Positions 49,012-59,743 of a DNA stretch of 64,000 nucleotides are shown here, piece after piece; position 1 is the first letter of the stretch, and every line of letters starts with the position of its first letter. Position numbers and translations under genes: made by a program. Source of the stretch: a virus; the IMG/VR virus record IMGVR_UViG_3300028844_005117, positions 1 to 64,000 of that record, one strand, 5' to 3'. The notes under the pieces were generated by a model. The model ran no database searches and was not told the origin of the DNA. It worked only from the letters and a program-made list of their open reading frames with translations.

Positions 49012-49650
49012 TTATAACTCTTCATAGTCAGCTGTTTTGGTTCCGAAGATAGTCTCTCTAAGTTTCTCATCATTCATGAATTCCATAAGGTCATCAATTT
49101 CAAAGTCTGCTTTAACATCTTTATTATATGGTGAGTTAACCTTAACCGATATCTTACCAGAAGGTTTCGCTTCAAGAGCTACTGGACATGCAGTGATTAA
49201 TACATCAAGACCATCCCATTTGTCAGCATAAGCTGTTACAAATCTAAAATTACTCGCTTTACAATGAGTCTTAGATAAGAAAAAGAATGTTGCTGGGATA
49301 CTACCAGCCGCTTCACGACTAACAATCTCAAACTCATGCTCTTCTTCATCCTTCATCTCCATAAGGAATTGATTAAGGTGGGTCATCATGTTAGGGTGTT
49401 GTTGGTCGCCTTGACCAAAGACCTCTAGAGGTGCCTCTAAATAAAGAAACTTTTTTAGTTCACGCTCATCTTCGAAATTAACCAATTCGTGATTCATAAG
49501 ATTAAAATCTGTGATTGGGTATTTCGTAAGGTCAAATTCTATTGGTTTACCTTCTTCGTCACGTCCTGTATCATGATACTTTTCGTACGTATAGGCAAAT
49601 TGTCCAATATAGTCCCTTAGGACTTCGTTAAGTGTTATTCCAATTTTCAT
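49012..49650 (-). CDS. 5'(3')-deoxyribonucleotidase-like HAD protein, degenerate
   Basis: MKIGITLNEVLRD...PYN; DxD replaced by TxN. Confidence 0.65.
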   Translation of the reverse strand: MKIGITLNEVLRDYIGQFAYTYEKYHDTGRDEEGKPIEFDLTKYPITDFNLMNHELVNFEDERELKKFLYLEAPLEVFGQGDQQHPNMMTHLNQFLMEMKDEEEHEFEIVSREAAGSIPATFFFLSKTHCKASNFRFVTAYADKWDGLDVLITACPVALEAKPSGKISVKVNSPYNKDVKADFEIDDLMEFMNDEKLRETIFGTKTADYEEL

Positions 49651-49686
49651 ATGTTAATTATATTAATAATAGTCTGTAAGTAAACC

Positions 49687-50492
49687 TTACCATCTAAAAT
49701 TCTTTCTAAACCAGATAGTGAGTTTTCTAAGGAATTTAGGTTTTTTCTTTTTATTCTTTTTTATTGTGGTTGCAATGTTTACTCTTTCTATAACCTTATC
49801 AAAGTCTACATTAGAATAGTCACGACCATTGAGACTTGTTGGTTTATAGTTGTTAAGTATTTTAGAAATCAATGGGTTTCTAACAATCTCATCTTCACTG
49901 AATTCAATATACCCAATTTGTTCTATATTTTTATGCTTCTTAATACCATCATATAAACCACTATCTTTATAATTCTTGTATCTATCAGATTGGTCAAGGT
50001 CACCAGATATGATGAACTTTGAATTGTAACCAATTCTAGTAAGGAGTGTTTTCATTTGATGTGGGGACATGTTTTGCGCTTCTTCCATTACAAGTATGGT
50101 ATTATCAATACTCTTACCTCTAATGAAACCCAAGGCACCAACAGATATAACACCGTCTTTTTCTAATCCAAGTCGATTCTTAATACCCATGATTTTATCT
50201 ACGATATCTAAAGAAGGACCAACGAATGGGTCTAACTTTTCACGAAGGTCACCAGGCATGAAACCATATTTTTCCTCAGCCTCAACAGCTGGGTTTCAAT
50301 TGCTCTAGCAATCGCAACATAACTCTTTCCAACACCAGCTGGTCCAATTGCAAATATAATTTCTTTTTCAGTGATTAACCTAGAGAAATCTTTTTGTTTA
50401 TGATTCTTACATTTAAGTCTGTGTCTTGTTGGGGTTTCCTTTGATACACTTTCCTCATTAGCTTGTTTTGTAGGCGTTTTCTTCTTCCTCAT
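49687..50492 (-). pseudogene. phoH: PhoH-family ATPase interrupted by a short frameshifting deletion
   Basis: GPAGVGKS in one frame; PAVE...GFMPGD, RGKS, EEAQN, GDLDQSD, IVRNPL in another; junction near 50294. Confidence 0.85.
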
Positions 50493-50493
50493 A

Positions 50494-51480
50494 TTATCTA
50501 CCCTTTTTTCTTTCTTTATTCTTGTATCGTTCATCAAGTTCATCTTCTCTGAATTGTTCAATAAGACTAACTCCATCCTTTAATACCTCACTCTTAAATT
50601 TGATAACATAATAACCATCAAATTCAATCAACTTATCAAATCCTGTAATCTTATATTCAAAATCATGTAAGTCCATAACACCTATCGTATTATATGAAAC
50701 AAAATCGACTGTTGAAATGTCTAAGAAATCAGCAACTCTAGGATTCTTCATCGCTTTCTTTACCTCAGATATAAAAAGTTTAGATTTTCTATCATCTGGG
50801 TTGGCGTATTTAGATACGTAAAACTCTAGTAATTTTTCAGTTTCAGAAATGGTTCTAACATTCATCTTTTTAGTAAACATTTCAAGTTCAAACTTAGCTC
50901 TAAATTCTCTAGTACAAGAAATCATTCTTTCTGTTTTATTACTTGATTCATAACCAGCACGACTTATCTCTCCTATAGTTGCTTGCCCCTCTTGTTTACC
51001 TGTATCTGGGTTTTCTGTTATTTGTATTGTCTTTTCAATTTCTTCACGTGAAAGTTCTTTAATATCAAAATCTAATGAGTCAGTCATAACCGAATCATTA
51101 TTAACAACTATTTCTAACTCGTAATCATCATATTCATCAATCTTTATCTTAGCCATCCCAGCTTTCTTTCGACTACCAACAGTTTCAACAATTGGGGTTC
51201 CATCATCTTCATATCCAATGACGTTGATTCTTTTCTCATTTTCAAATTTTTCAGTCTCATCTAAAACCTTATACATTCTCCATCTAAGGTCTCTAACTTC
51301 TTGGTTTATTTCACCTCTAGACAATGCATCGGCAAGTGTTCCTTGGTTATGTCTTCGTTCTTTAGAAGACCCACCACCAGACTCACTATCACCACCTTGT
51401 GATAACATGTTCTCTTCAACGTTACCTGTTGCTAATGCAACAGCAGTAAGTTGTTTCTTTATCCATTTACCCAATCCCAT
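50494..51480 (-). CDS. hypothetical protein
   Basis: GEINQEVRDLRWRMYKV; start MGLGKW. Confidence 0.75.
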   Translation of the reverse strand: MGLGKWIKKQLTAVALATGNVEENMLSQGGDSESGGGSSKERRHNQGTLADALSRGEINQEVRDLRWRMYKVLDETEKFENEKRINVIGYEDDGTPIVETVGSRKKAGMAKIKIDEYDDYELEIVVNNDSVMTDSLDFDIKELSREEIEKTIQITENPDTGKQEGQATIGEISRAGYESSNKTERMISCTREFRAKFELEMFTKKMNVRTISETEKLLEFYVSKYANPDDRKSKLFISEVKKAMKNPRVADFLDISTVDFVSYNTIGVMDLHDFEYKITGFDKLIEFDGYYVIKFKSEVLKDGVSLIEQFREDELDERYKNKERKKGR

Positions 51481-52477
51481 ATCTCTCAAAAATTTTACAA
51501 ATTCGTTTAGATGACATACCGTCACCATAAGGTGATTCACTTGTTACGTCATAATTATTTATGTGTTTATCAAACAACCCTTTTAAGTCTTTTGGTTCCT
51601 CAACCATGAAACTAGTAAGACCAACTGATTCTGGTCGTTCGGTTACCTTTCGACAAACCAATGCCTTCTTATTAAAGAATGAACATTCTTCTTGGATACC
51701 ACCACTATCTGTAATAACCAATCTACACTTAACTAATGTTTTAATTAACTCATCGTGAGTCATTGGTTCAACAACCTTAACCCAACTACTTAATTTTTTC
51801 CTGTGTTTTTGAACATTAGGATTCGGATGTAATGGTAAAATAAACTCTAAGTGTGGGTGTACCGCAGCAATATCATTTAATTCGTTAAACCATTCACCCA
51901 TTTGCTTATGATTCTCCCTTCTATGCATTGTAATTAAGACCTTATTGGTGTATTCACAATCTTTTTTATATGGTAAAAGATTATCTAGTACCGTATTCCC
52001 AACAACTTGTATCTTAGAACCACTAATATTTTCGTTGCGTAGATTTTTAAGATTTAACTTAGTTGGGCAAAGATGTAAATCAGCAATTGTTGAAACAATC
52101 ATTCTATTATTCTCTTCTGGAAATGGGTTCTCGACATCACCAGTTCTAAGTCCAGCTTCTAAGTGAACTACCTTAATCTTTCTATGCATTGCAGCTATGG
52201 CTAAACCAACAACTGATGTGGTATCACCTTGTACTAGTATATGTGTAATACCCTCAAAACATTCATCTGGAATACTTAAACAATTTTTCATTACTGAATC
52301 TAATCGATTACCATCATAATCAACCATGGTCAAATTAAAGTCAGCATCCTTAGGTGCAATGTCTTTGTGTTGACCAGTGAACAGAGTTTTAAAGGTCATG
52401 TTTGACCTAGTCATCTCATCAATTAATGGTTTAACTTTAATATATTCTGGTCTAGTCCCGTATGTTATTAATATCAT
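51467..52477 (-). CDS. wecB: UDP-N-acetylglucosamine 2-epimerase
   Basis: GTRPE, QGDT, HLEAGLR, PFPEE, HRREN, TDSGGIQEE, PYGDG. Confidence 0.95.
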   Translation of the reverse strand: MILITYGTRPEYIKVKPLIDEMTRSNMTFKTLFTGQHKDIAPKDADFNLTMVDYDGNRLDSVMKNCLSIPDECFEGITHILVQGDTTSVVGLAIAAMHRKIKVVHLEAGLRTGDVENPFPEENNRMIVSTIADLHLCPTKLNLKNLRNENISGSKIQVVGNTVLDNLLPYKKDCEYTNKVLITMHRRENHKQMGEWFNELNDIAAVHPHLEFILPLHPNPNVQKHRKKLSSWVKVVEPMTHDELIKTLVKCRLVITDSGGIQEECSFFNKKALVCRKVTERPESVGLTSFMVEEPKDLKGLFDKHINNYDVTSESPYGDGMSSKRICKIFERYGIG

Positions 52478-53229
52478 ATAAAATCACCTATTTTATTTAC
52501 TCCCTTATGTTGTACAATTATAGTTGCACAATCGTTGGCAAATTCAATTGCTTTGGTTATATCACCACATTCTAAATACTTAACAACCAATGTAGCCATG
52601 AACGTATCCCCAGCACCAGTCATATCTTTGATATCAACCTTTTCTACTGGATAAATAATCCCTTCGTAATTACAACCTTTACTTCCGATGGTAACAATTA
52701 AATTGTGGTTAAATTTACTCATATCAACATGAGCTTTTACATTGTTATCATATTCTAATTTGTTAATCTTAATTATCTTTGCATTTAAGCAATAATCACC
52801 TAGAATTTTCTTGGTATCAATGAAGACGTTCTTATGATTATTACATAACCATTTAATTTCTTCAACCCCAATAAAACCCTTACAATAATCTGAAATTATT
52901 ATAACATCATAATCTTGAAGTCTTATAGACATTAAATCCTTAAGTTTATCAACACTTGATTTGTCTGAATCGACTCTAACTAACATCTGATTAGTCTTCT
53001 CATCAACATATCTAGTCTTGGTTATTAATTCTTTATTGGTGATGATGTCAACATTCTCATGAATTGACTTAACATTATCAAAAACATTCATAGCCATTCC
53101 ACCATTTTCAATTGTTTTTGTTGGGATTAGTACTGGTACTGGTGCATCTGGACACAGTCTATCACATCTACCATAAATGTAAATGTCACGACAACTATCA
53201 CCAATAATTAAAACCCTACCCATTACCAA
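52474..53229 (-). CDS. PfkB-family sugar kinase (HldE/RfaE kinase-like)
   Basis: RLCPDAPVPV, SDYCKG, DMTGAGDTF. Confidence 0.85.
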   Translation of the reverse strand: MVMGRVLIIGDSCRDIYIYGRCDRLCPDAPVPVLIPTKTIENGGMAMNVFDNVKSIHENVDIITNKELITKTRYVDEKTNQMLVRVDSDKSSVDKLKDLMSIRLQDYDVIIISDYCKGFIGVEEIKWLCNNHKNVFIDTKKILGDYCLNAKIIKINKLEYDNNVKAHVDMSKFNHNLIVTIGSKGCNYEGIIYPVEKVDIKDMTGAGDTFMATLVVKYLECGDITKAIEFANDCATIIVQHKGVNKIGDFI

Positions 53230-53627
53230 CTAACTTCCCAATCTTTAAAATCAGCTGCAAGACAATCAATTTTATAATCTTTACGACCACCAGCTGCTTC
53301 TTGAATTTTATTCTTAGCGACATTACGAATACCGTTTAATCCGTGTGTTAATTCTAAGTCATTACCATCCTTTATACCCTTACGGTAGTTAGATTCATTA
53401 TGCCAGATGTGTAAGTTCATTTGAGATAGGACCACAATTGCTCTTATAATCTCAGCAGTCATCTTCCCTTCATTTTCATCTAAGTGAAGTTGAATATCAT
53501 GTACGATATCATTAATCTCATCTGCATATTCTTCTTTATGGTCTGTTATGAATACCTCTTTAAGTTGAGTTATTGATAATCTATCTACTAATTCAGATAG
53601 TGTTGGTAAATATTTTCTTTGTTTCAT
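53223..53627 (-). CDS. helical protein typical of glycan clusters
   Basis: LSELVDRLSI...IWHNE...NGIRN. Confidence 0.65.
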   Translation of the reverse strand: MKQRKYLPTLSELVDRLSITQLKEVFITDHKEEYADEINDIVHDIQLHLDENEGKMTAEIIRAIVVLSQMNLHIWHNESNYRKGIKDGNDLELTHGLNGIRNVAKNKIQEAAGGRKDYKIDCLAADFKDWEVSW

Positions 53628-53628
53628 A

Positions 53629-54294
53629 TTAATTTACTTTATATATTAATTCGGAGCATGACGTTAGTCTACCACCCCAGTTTGCCTTATTTAAAATCTT
53701 AACATCCATCTTAGTTAAATTAAAGTTGGTTGTTAGGTATGTGTGCCACTCCGCACCAGTCTTAACGTTACAGTGGACATGTCGTTCCTCTGGTTTCGTA
53801 TATAACCAATTAGCCGCAGATGCAATTATACATGTATCTGACTTAGAGTGTTTAATTAGATTACTCATGAATACATCAAAACTACTAGGTTCAATGTGTT
53901 CAAAGTGTTCAAATGAACAGATTAAATCGAATATAATTCTCTCACCATTCTCATCAACCAATTCATAATCAACATCCGTTCTTAATATGAAGTGATTATC
54001 TAAGTCGAGGAATGGACTATTAACAGTTTCCTTATTCCCATCTAGTGTTACAATAACCAAATCTGGATTTAGTTTTAATAACCAATGTCTTAAATGACCA
54101 GCCCCCGAACCAACATCTAGAACATACTTCACATCTTTGAAGTTGTCTAATATATCCTTAGACAAATTTTCAAACATATTATGTAATGCGTCACAAGTTG
54201 GACCTTCGAAATGAAGACCGTCATGGTGTTGGTAACCAGCTACAGTTTCTGAGGCATCAATCCCAACGTTTTCAGTATTTGTTTGTTTAATCAT
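53629..54294 (-). CDS. class I SAM-dependent methyltransferase
   Basis: VLDVGSGAG; FEHFEHI. Confidence 0.85.
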   Translation of the reverse strand: MIKQTNTENVGIDASETVAGYQHHDGLHFEGPTCDALHNMFENLSKDILDNFKDVKYVLDVGSGAGHLRHWLLKLNPDLVIVTLDGNKETVNSPFLDLDNHFILRTDVDYELVDENGERIIFDLICSFEHFEHIEPSSFDVFMSNLIKHSKSDTCIIASAANWLYTKPEERHVHCNVKTGAEWHTYLTTNFNLTKMDVKILNKANWGGRLTSCSELIYKVN

Positions 54295-55192
54295 TTTCTA
54301 CTCTATCTTTATAATAATTTATTGTTGTTGATAACGCTTCATCCATTGGTGTGAACTTAAAGTCTGGTAATAAATTAAACATCTCTGTCGTATCTAATCG
54401 TTTAGACCTCACCCCAACATATTTACTGGTATCGTAAAAAATATCATCTGAATTATAGTCAACTGCGTTACAAATGCTTTGAGCGTATTCCCTTATGGTA
54501 TATTCAACCCCAGTACCTAAATTTAAGATTTTATTCTCTAAGTGTAAAGTGTAAAACATAATATTTATCGCATCGTTAACGTAAACCAACTCACGCTTTT
54601 GATAACCATCACCCCAAAGTTCAACATCGGTTCCATGATTCTTACCAGAATAAATCTTCTTGATTAAATCAAATATGAAGTGGGAATCATCTAACTCAAA
54701 GTCAGTACCGTATAGTGTTGATGGAACGTAATACATATACTTCAATCCATATTGTTCAGCATACGACTTAAGACCAACTAAAAGCATTCTCTTGGTCATC
54801 GCATACGTATAAAGTCCAGTATCTGGCTCACCCTTCAAATAATTTTCCTCACTCATGAGGGTATCTGGTGAGTATGAACAACTAGTTCCCATAGCAATCA
54901 TCTTTGCTTGTGGTTGATGGTCACTCCAATACTTAAGGATGTTAGCGTTTATCCTCTCATTAACTTCATATTGCTCCGCTTTATGGTATAAACACCAATC
55001 ACCAGCCTTAGTATGTGCCGCTAAATGGAAGATATAATCAAATTTGACATCATTATAAACATGTAAGTTCTTATCATCCATAAGGTTCGCCACCTTGGTG
55101 TTAGATATTAATACTTCCCAACCTAACTCATCTAATTTCTTCTTTAGGTGTCTACCTAGAAACCCACTTATACCTGTTACTAATACTTTCAT
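54287..55192 (-). CDS. NAD-dependent epimerase/reductase (GDP-fucose synthase-like)
   Basis: TGISGFLG, GTSCSY, YAMTK, WGDG. Confidence 0.85.
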   Translation of the reverse strand: MKVLVTGISGFLGRHLKKKLDELGWEVLISNTKVANLMDDKNLHVYNDVKFDYIFHLAAHTKAGDWCLYHKAEQYEVNERINANILKYWSDHQPQAKMIAMGTSCSYSPDTLMSEENYLKGEPDTGLYTYAMTKRMLLVGLKSYAEQYGLKYMYYVPSTLYGTDFELDDSHFIFDLIKKIYSGKNHGTDVELWGDGYQKRELVYVNDAINIMFYTLHLENKILNLGTGVEYTIREYAQSICNAVDYNSDDIFYDTSKYVGVRSKRLDTTEMFNLLPDFKFTPMDEALSTTINYYKDRVEND

Positions 55193-56130
55193 TATAGATT
55201 AGTAAAGTTTCTGTTGTTATACTTAATAATCATCTTATAAGCCTTAATAAGCTCCACTACACCACTATCTATTGTATGTGTAGGTCTCCACCCATAATTC
55301 TCTAATTTATCATTAGAGACGATGTAATTCCTATTATCAAAGTCTGATGAAAAGTCATTTTCCACAATAACTAGACTTGGTATGTGTTCTTTAATCTTCT
55401 CACCTAATTCCATCTTAGATAGGTTAGCGGTTGAAAGACCTACGTTGAAGACATCATTATTTAATCTTTGATAATTCTCAATCCCGAAAAGGAATGTCTT
55501 AGCGATATCCTTAACATGGATATAGTTTCTCTTGAAATGAGATTGGAATAGAACTAGATAACCATCAACAACTGATTTGTAAACAAAGTCATTAACAAGA
55601 AGGTCAGTTCTCATTCTAGGTGATGCACCGAATACAGTTGCCAATCTAAAGCAGATACCATTACCACTATTCATGATGTAGTCCTCAGCATCACATTTAG
55701 TCTTAGCATAGTGTGAAAGTGGGTTGAATGGGCTATCCTCTGTGATAATATCTTCCGAACTACCATACTGACTATTCGTGTTAGGCATTAGTAGTTTTTG
55801 AGTTTCACTCATATTATCAACAATTACCTTAACGTGACCAAAATTTAACTTTGTTGCCAATTCCTTATTAGCATCACATGCTGGTGCACCAACAATTGCC
55901 GCCAATGGAATTATGATATCATAATTGGGAACAATACTAGTTAGATATTCAAAATCTGTTGCATCCTTGAGGATGAAATCAAAATTTTCATTTGAACAAA
56001 GATGTAGTAATGATGTTTGTCTGAGTGTTAGGTTATCTAAAACGTCTACCGCATAACCCTTATTTAATAATAATTCTGTTAATGTGGAACCTAAATATCC
56101 AGCCCCACCCGTGATTAAAACTTTTTTCAT
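55192..56130 (-). CDS. NAD-dependent epimerase/dehydratase
   Basis: TGGAGYLG, YAKTK, RLATVFG. Confidence 0.9.
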   Translation of the reverse strand: MKKVLITGGAGYLGSTLTELLLNKGYAVDVLDNLTLRQTSLLHLCSNENFDFILKDATDFEYLTSIVPNYDIIIPLAAIVGAPACDANKELATKLNFGHVKVIVDNMSETQKLLMPNTNSQYGSSEDIITEDSPFNPLSHYAKTKCDAEDYIMNSGNGICFRLATVFGASPRMRTDLLVNDFVYKSVVDGYLVLFQSHFKRNYIHVKDIAKTFLFGIENYQRLNNDVFNVGLSTANLSKMELGEKIKEHIPSLVIVENDFSSDFDNRNYIVSNDKLENYGWRPTHTIDSGVVELIKAYKMIIKYNNRNFTNL

Positions 56131-56136
56131 TTGTAA

Positions 56137-56832
56137 TTATTTTATTTTCTTTAGAATGAACCCAATATCATTGGTATCTAATGGGTTATATGTGTGTCTA
56201 GGTGATGCGTTAAAGTCGAATCCGATATCTTCAAGACCACATTCTTTAAAGGTCTTTAACCACCATTCATTAGACTTAATACATTGATGGTTCTTACCTT
56301 CAACCAAATTAATCAGACAGATAAAGACACCATCATCATTAAGATGTTTCTTAATGTTATTCAAAACACTAGGTATATCTTCTGGTTTCGGGTGCTCTAA
56401 AACATCCCAAGCGGTGATAACATCAAACGTTTGTTCACCAGTATCGTTAAACATTTGGAATGGTTTTGTGATGTCTGCTTTAAAGAGACACTTATCCTTA
56501 AGATTCAACCAATTATCATGAATGTCCTCAGTAAGTTTACTGGTATCACCAATATACCTAGGTTGTGGTTTTATTCTATTTTTCGATATTTGTATCATCT
56601 TAGATAAATCACTACCTTCAACCCCAACAGCAACATTACCCATATTATAGACATCAACTACTGATTGACCACCAGCACAACCTAAATCCATATAGGAAAA
56701 GTCTTCTTTGTTGGTGATTCGTTTTAGTTCCTCTAAGTATACTGGGTTAGAGTGATTATTTTGTGCAGCCCCTTGTATTGGATTTTCAAAGTCTGGTCCA
56801 ACAGCATTCGGGTGATTAGTTTCTATTCTCAT
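56137..56832 (-). CDS. class I SAM-dependent methyltransferase
   Basis: MDLGCAGG; FDVITAWDVLEH. Confidence 0.85.
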   Translation of the reverse strand: MRIETNHPNAVGPDFENPIQGAAQNNHSNPVYLEELKRITNKEDFSYMDLGCAGGQSVVDVYNMGNVAVGVEGSDLSKMIQISKNRIKPQPRYIGDTSKLTEDIHDNWLNLKDKCLFKADITKPFQMFNDTGEQTFDVITAWDVLEHPKPEDIPSVLNNIKKHLNDDGVFICLINLVEGKNHQCIKSNEWWLKTFKECGLEDIGFDFNASPRHTYNPLDTNDIGFILKKIK

Positions 56833-58061
56833 GCATCAACATTTTCAACTATCTCGACTTCTGGAAATGGTATAATGAATTTAACACCACCTTCAATCAG
56901 TTCCTTATTTCTTTCTATAATCTCATCAACAAAGTTGTGTGCCAATAAAAGATAATAGTCTGGTACATCATCAGCACTCTCACGAACTATAGGTATGTGA
57001 GTGTTTGGTAGATAAAGCCCAATCTTAAGGTCATTAACCTCAACACACTTATCAATGAGTGTATTATCAATATTGAAGTAATTTAAAAGCGTATTACCCT
57101 TTGCTGGTGCCCCGTATGCATATATCTTAGCATCTGGGTTCTCTTCTTTGATTTTAACTAACATGTCTCGCAAGTCATTTCGCTTATCCTCAACAGTCTT
57201 CGCAAAATCTAAGAACACATCCTTAGTGTATTTCATATCCAACTTTTTAAGGTCAGTATACCTTTGATATTTCTTAGTATAGATAAATGGTGCCTTAGCA
57301 TGTGATACCTTCGCAATAACGCTACCACTATGGATTTCACTATAGTAAGCATCGAATATTTCAAGACCATATGGTTCTAAAAGTTTCCCTAGACTCCTAA
57401 GTGTGTAATAACACAAGTGCTCATGGTAAATACCATCAAAGTTTAACTTTTCAACCATCGTACCAGCATACATAAATTGAACAACAAATACACCGTCATC
57501 CATAAGAGCTTTCTTGATTCCTCTAATAACACTATGTAATTCCTCTAAATGAAAGAATACACCAGATGCATTGATTAATTTAACCTTACCCTCAAGTTCA
57601 TGTTTGGTGATTACTTCTTCATTGAAAAAATCGTTGATTGTTGAGATACCAGCATCCTTCGATAACTGTGCAATGTTGTCAGCTGATTCTACATTTAAAA
57701 CATTATACATACCAGCCCTAGTATATTCTACTAATTGGGTTCCATCATTCCCACCAATATCTAAGATAAGGTCTTTAGGACCCAAATTAAATTGGTCTCG
57801 ATTCTCAACTGCCAACTCAAAGAAGTGTTTCTTAAGAGTTTTGGTTGTTGACGATACGTACGTATGATTTTTAAACATTACTTCTTTAGGTACGGTGTAG
57901 TTTAATTGTAGTAATTCACAATTATTACAATGTACTAAGTGTAATGGGTATTTTTCTTCTTTTCCTAATCTATCTTCGGTTAGAAAATCATTACACCAAG
58001 GATGTTCTCCTAGGTCTAATATGCTACTATAATTTTCACTTTTACAAGATTTACATTTCAT
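56829..58061 (-). CDS. NDP-sugar C-methyltransferase
   Basis: N-terminal CxxC...CxxC, DIGGNDG, IYHEH, YGAPAKGNTLL. Confidence 0.9.
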   Translation of the reverse strand: MKCKSCKSENYSSILDLGEHPWCNDFLTEDRLGKEEKYPLHLVHCNNCELLQLNYTVPKEVMFKNHTYVSSTTKTLKKHFFELAVENRDQFNLGPKDLILDIGGNDGTQLVEYTRAGMYNVLNVESADNIAQLSKDAGISTINDFFNEEVITKHELEGKVKLINASGVFFHLEELHSVIRGIKKALMDDGVFVVQFMYAGTMVEKLNFDGIYHEHLCYYTLRSLGKLLEPYGLEIFDAYYSEIHSGSVIAKVSHAKAPFIYTKKYQRYTDLKKLDMKYTKDVFLDFAKTVEDKRNDLRDMLVKIKEENPDAKIYAYGAPAKGNTLLNYFNIDNTLIDKCVEVNDLKIGLYLPNTHIPIVRESADDVPDYYLLLAHNFVDEIIERNKELIEGGVKFIIPFPEVEIVENVDA

Positions 58062-58070
58062 GGTTTAAAG

Positions 58071-59009
58071 TTAACCATTTTTTATAATATTGTAAAGGTT
58101 TTGTGTTGAGTAATTTAAAGATTTTTTATAAGCTGATTCAATGATTGGTGTGTAGTCATCCCAATTGTTTAAGATATCTTTTATTTTACCTTCTAACTCA
58201 GTATTAGAATCGAAATATATAAAGTCCTCACCAGCGGTGTAGTATTCCTCTACTAGGTTCCATGGGTCTCTTTGAATTAGATTAAGTGTTCTAGACATTG
58301 CAGCTTCATTGAATCTAGATTTAAATTGAGGTGCTATCCCTAAATCATCAATGTGTTTAAAGGCTTCATTCTTAGACCAATCTTTTCGACTTTTAATATT
58401 ATTAATATCTTTGGTACCTCTAATTGGGAATGTATTGTAACATATGGAAATCTTACACTCAGAAATCAAATTTAATTTTTCCTCGTTGGTTAGATTTAGA
58501 TTTGTCGCATATTTACCTATTGTTTGTTTAGTTAATGGATTAATTCCAGTCGTCATCGACATGTATCTATAATTAAATTTAGATAGGGTTTCAAGGCATT
58601 GTATATATGTTGGACCATGTATCCCACCGTGATAACATACATCATACTTTTTCTCGGTATTTTTAGGTATATCAATTTCATTAAATGGATAACAGATAGT
58701 TTTATATTTATGAACACCTTTAACCTCATTCAACCATCTATTAGTATATGGACAAATACCATAAATTTCATCAAATTTATTATCTAAATCCATATTCTGT
58801 TTACTACAAAATTCAGTTGGCATTGTTACATTTAGATATACTTTTCTTTTGTAGTCTTTAATTTGATTAAAAGTATTATTATTAATTAAATTATTATAAC
58901 CATATAATAAAACATTTTCCCCATCATCCTCATCAGATAATTCATCCAATCTAAAGAAATGGGTATTAGTCCCGTTAATTTCAAGTGATAAATCCTTTAA
59001 GACTCTCAT
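58071..59009 (-). CDS. putative GT-B glycosyltransferase
   Basis: KKYDVCY...KSRFNEAAM...EDFIYF; cluster context. Confidence 0.65.
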   Translation of the reverse strand: MRVLKDLSLEINGTNTHFFRLDELSDEDDGENVLLYGYNNLINNNTFNQIKDYKRKVYLNVTMPTEFCSKQNMDLDNKFDEIYGICPYTNRWLNEVKGVHKYKTICYPFNEIDIPKNTEKKYDVCYHGGIHGPTYIQCLETLSKFNYRYMSMTTGINPLTKQTIGKYATNLNLTNEEKLNLISECKISICYNTFPIRGTKDINNIKSRKDWSKNEAFKHIDDLGIAPQFKSRFNEAAMSRTLNLIQRDPWNLVEEYYTAGEDFIYFDSNTELEGKIKDILNNWDDYTPIIESAYKKSLNYSTQNLYNIIKNG

Positions 59010-59743
59010 ATATACCCTCTTTTTTTTATGTCGATATTATATTCATCTAATAATGGTAGTAATTCTTTAGGGTATTCTGATTTATTCCATTTACCTTTAA
59101 TTATTGCGGTTGCAATGTATGGAAATACATCAGTATCATAATGATACATCCCACGCTTTGCTTCACCACTATAGTATGATAAACCAATCATATTTAATTC
59201 TCTACACAAATCATTTCCAGCCACTTCAAAATGACCGTGTTGTGCACCACCAGCCCCTATGTGTAAGTCTGGTCCAATCTCATGTATTTTTTTAATACTA
59301 TCAGTCCTCCAAATTGCTGCTGTTTGACTATAAAAATGGGGTTGTTTATGAGTTAGGAAGTATAATTCATTATTAAATTTATCGTTGGTGAAGTTTGGTC
59401 CTCTAGCTAATCTAATAAATGAGAATTCTGGGTTCTCTTCCAGTATTGATAAATAATCATTTATCTTGTCAACATTAACATTATCGTATAGTATATAATC
59501 TTCATTCAAATATAATATAAACTTCTCTGAAACTTCTTCAATACATTGTAAGTATTGTGTTCTGAACATATCATTACTATTATATATAATAGGTGTGTAT
59601 TTAGAATCTAAACCATCACTATTATCAGTGAATATATATAGTTTATTGTTTGGGTAATATTTTTCTAACTGAATTAGAAATAAATCTAAAACATCTCTAG
59701 ACGATGAGTGTGTGTTAACAACAATTGCGTAATTAGTATTCAT
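59006..59743 (-). CDS. putative GT-A glycosyltransferase-like protein
   Basis: LYLNEDY, AAIW, AIIKGKW; cluster context. Confidence 0.55.
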   Translation of the reverse strand: MNTNYAIVVNTHSSSRDVLDLFLIQLEKYYPNNKLYIFTDNSDGLDSKYTPIIYNSNDMFRTQYLQCIEEVSEKFILYLNEDYILYDNVNVDKINDYLSILEENPEFSFIRLARGPNFTNDKFNNELYFLTHKQPHFYSQTAAIWRTDSIKKIHEIGPDLHIGAGGAQHGHFEVAGNDLCRELNMIGLSYYSGEAKRGMYHYDTDVFPYIATAIIKGKWNKSEYPKELLPLLDEYNIDIKKRGYI

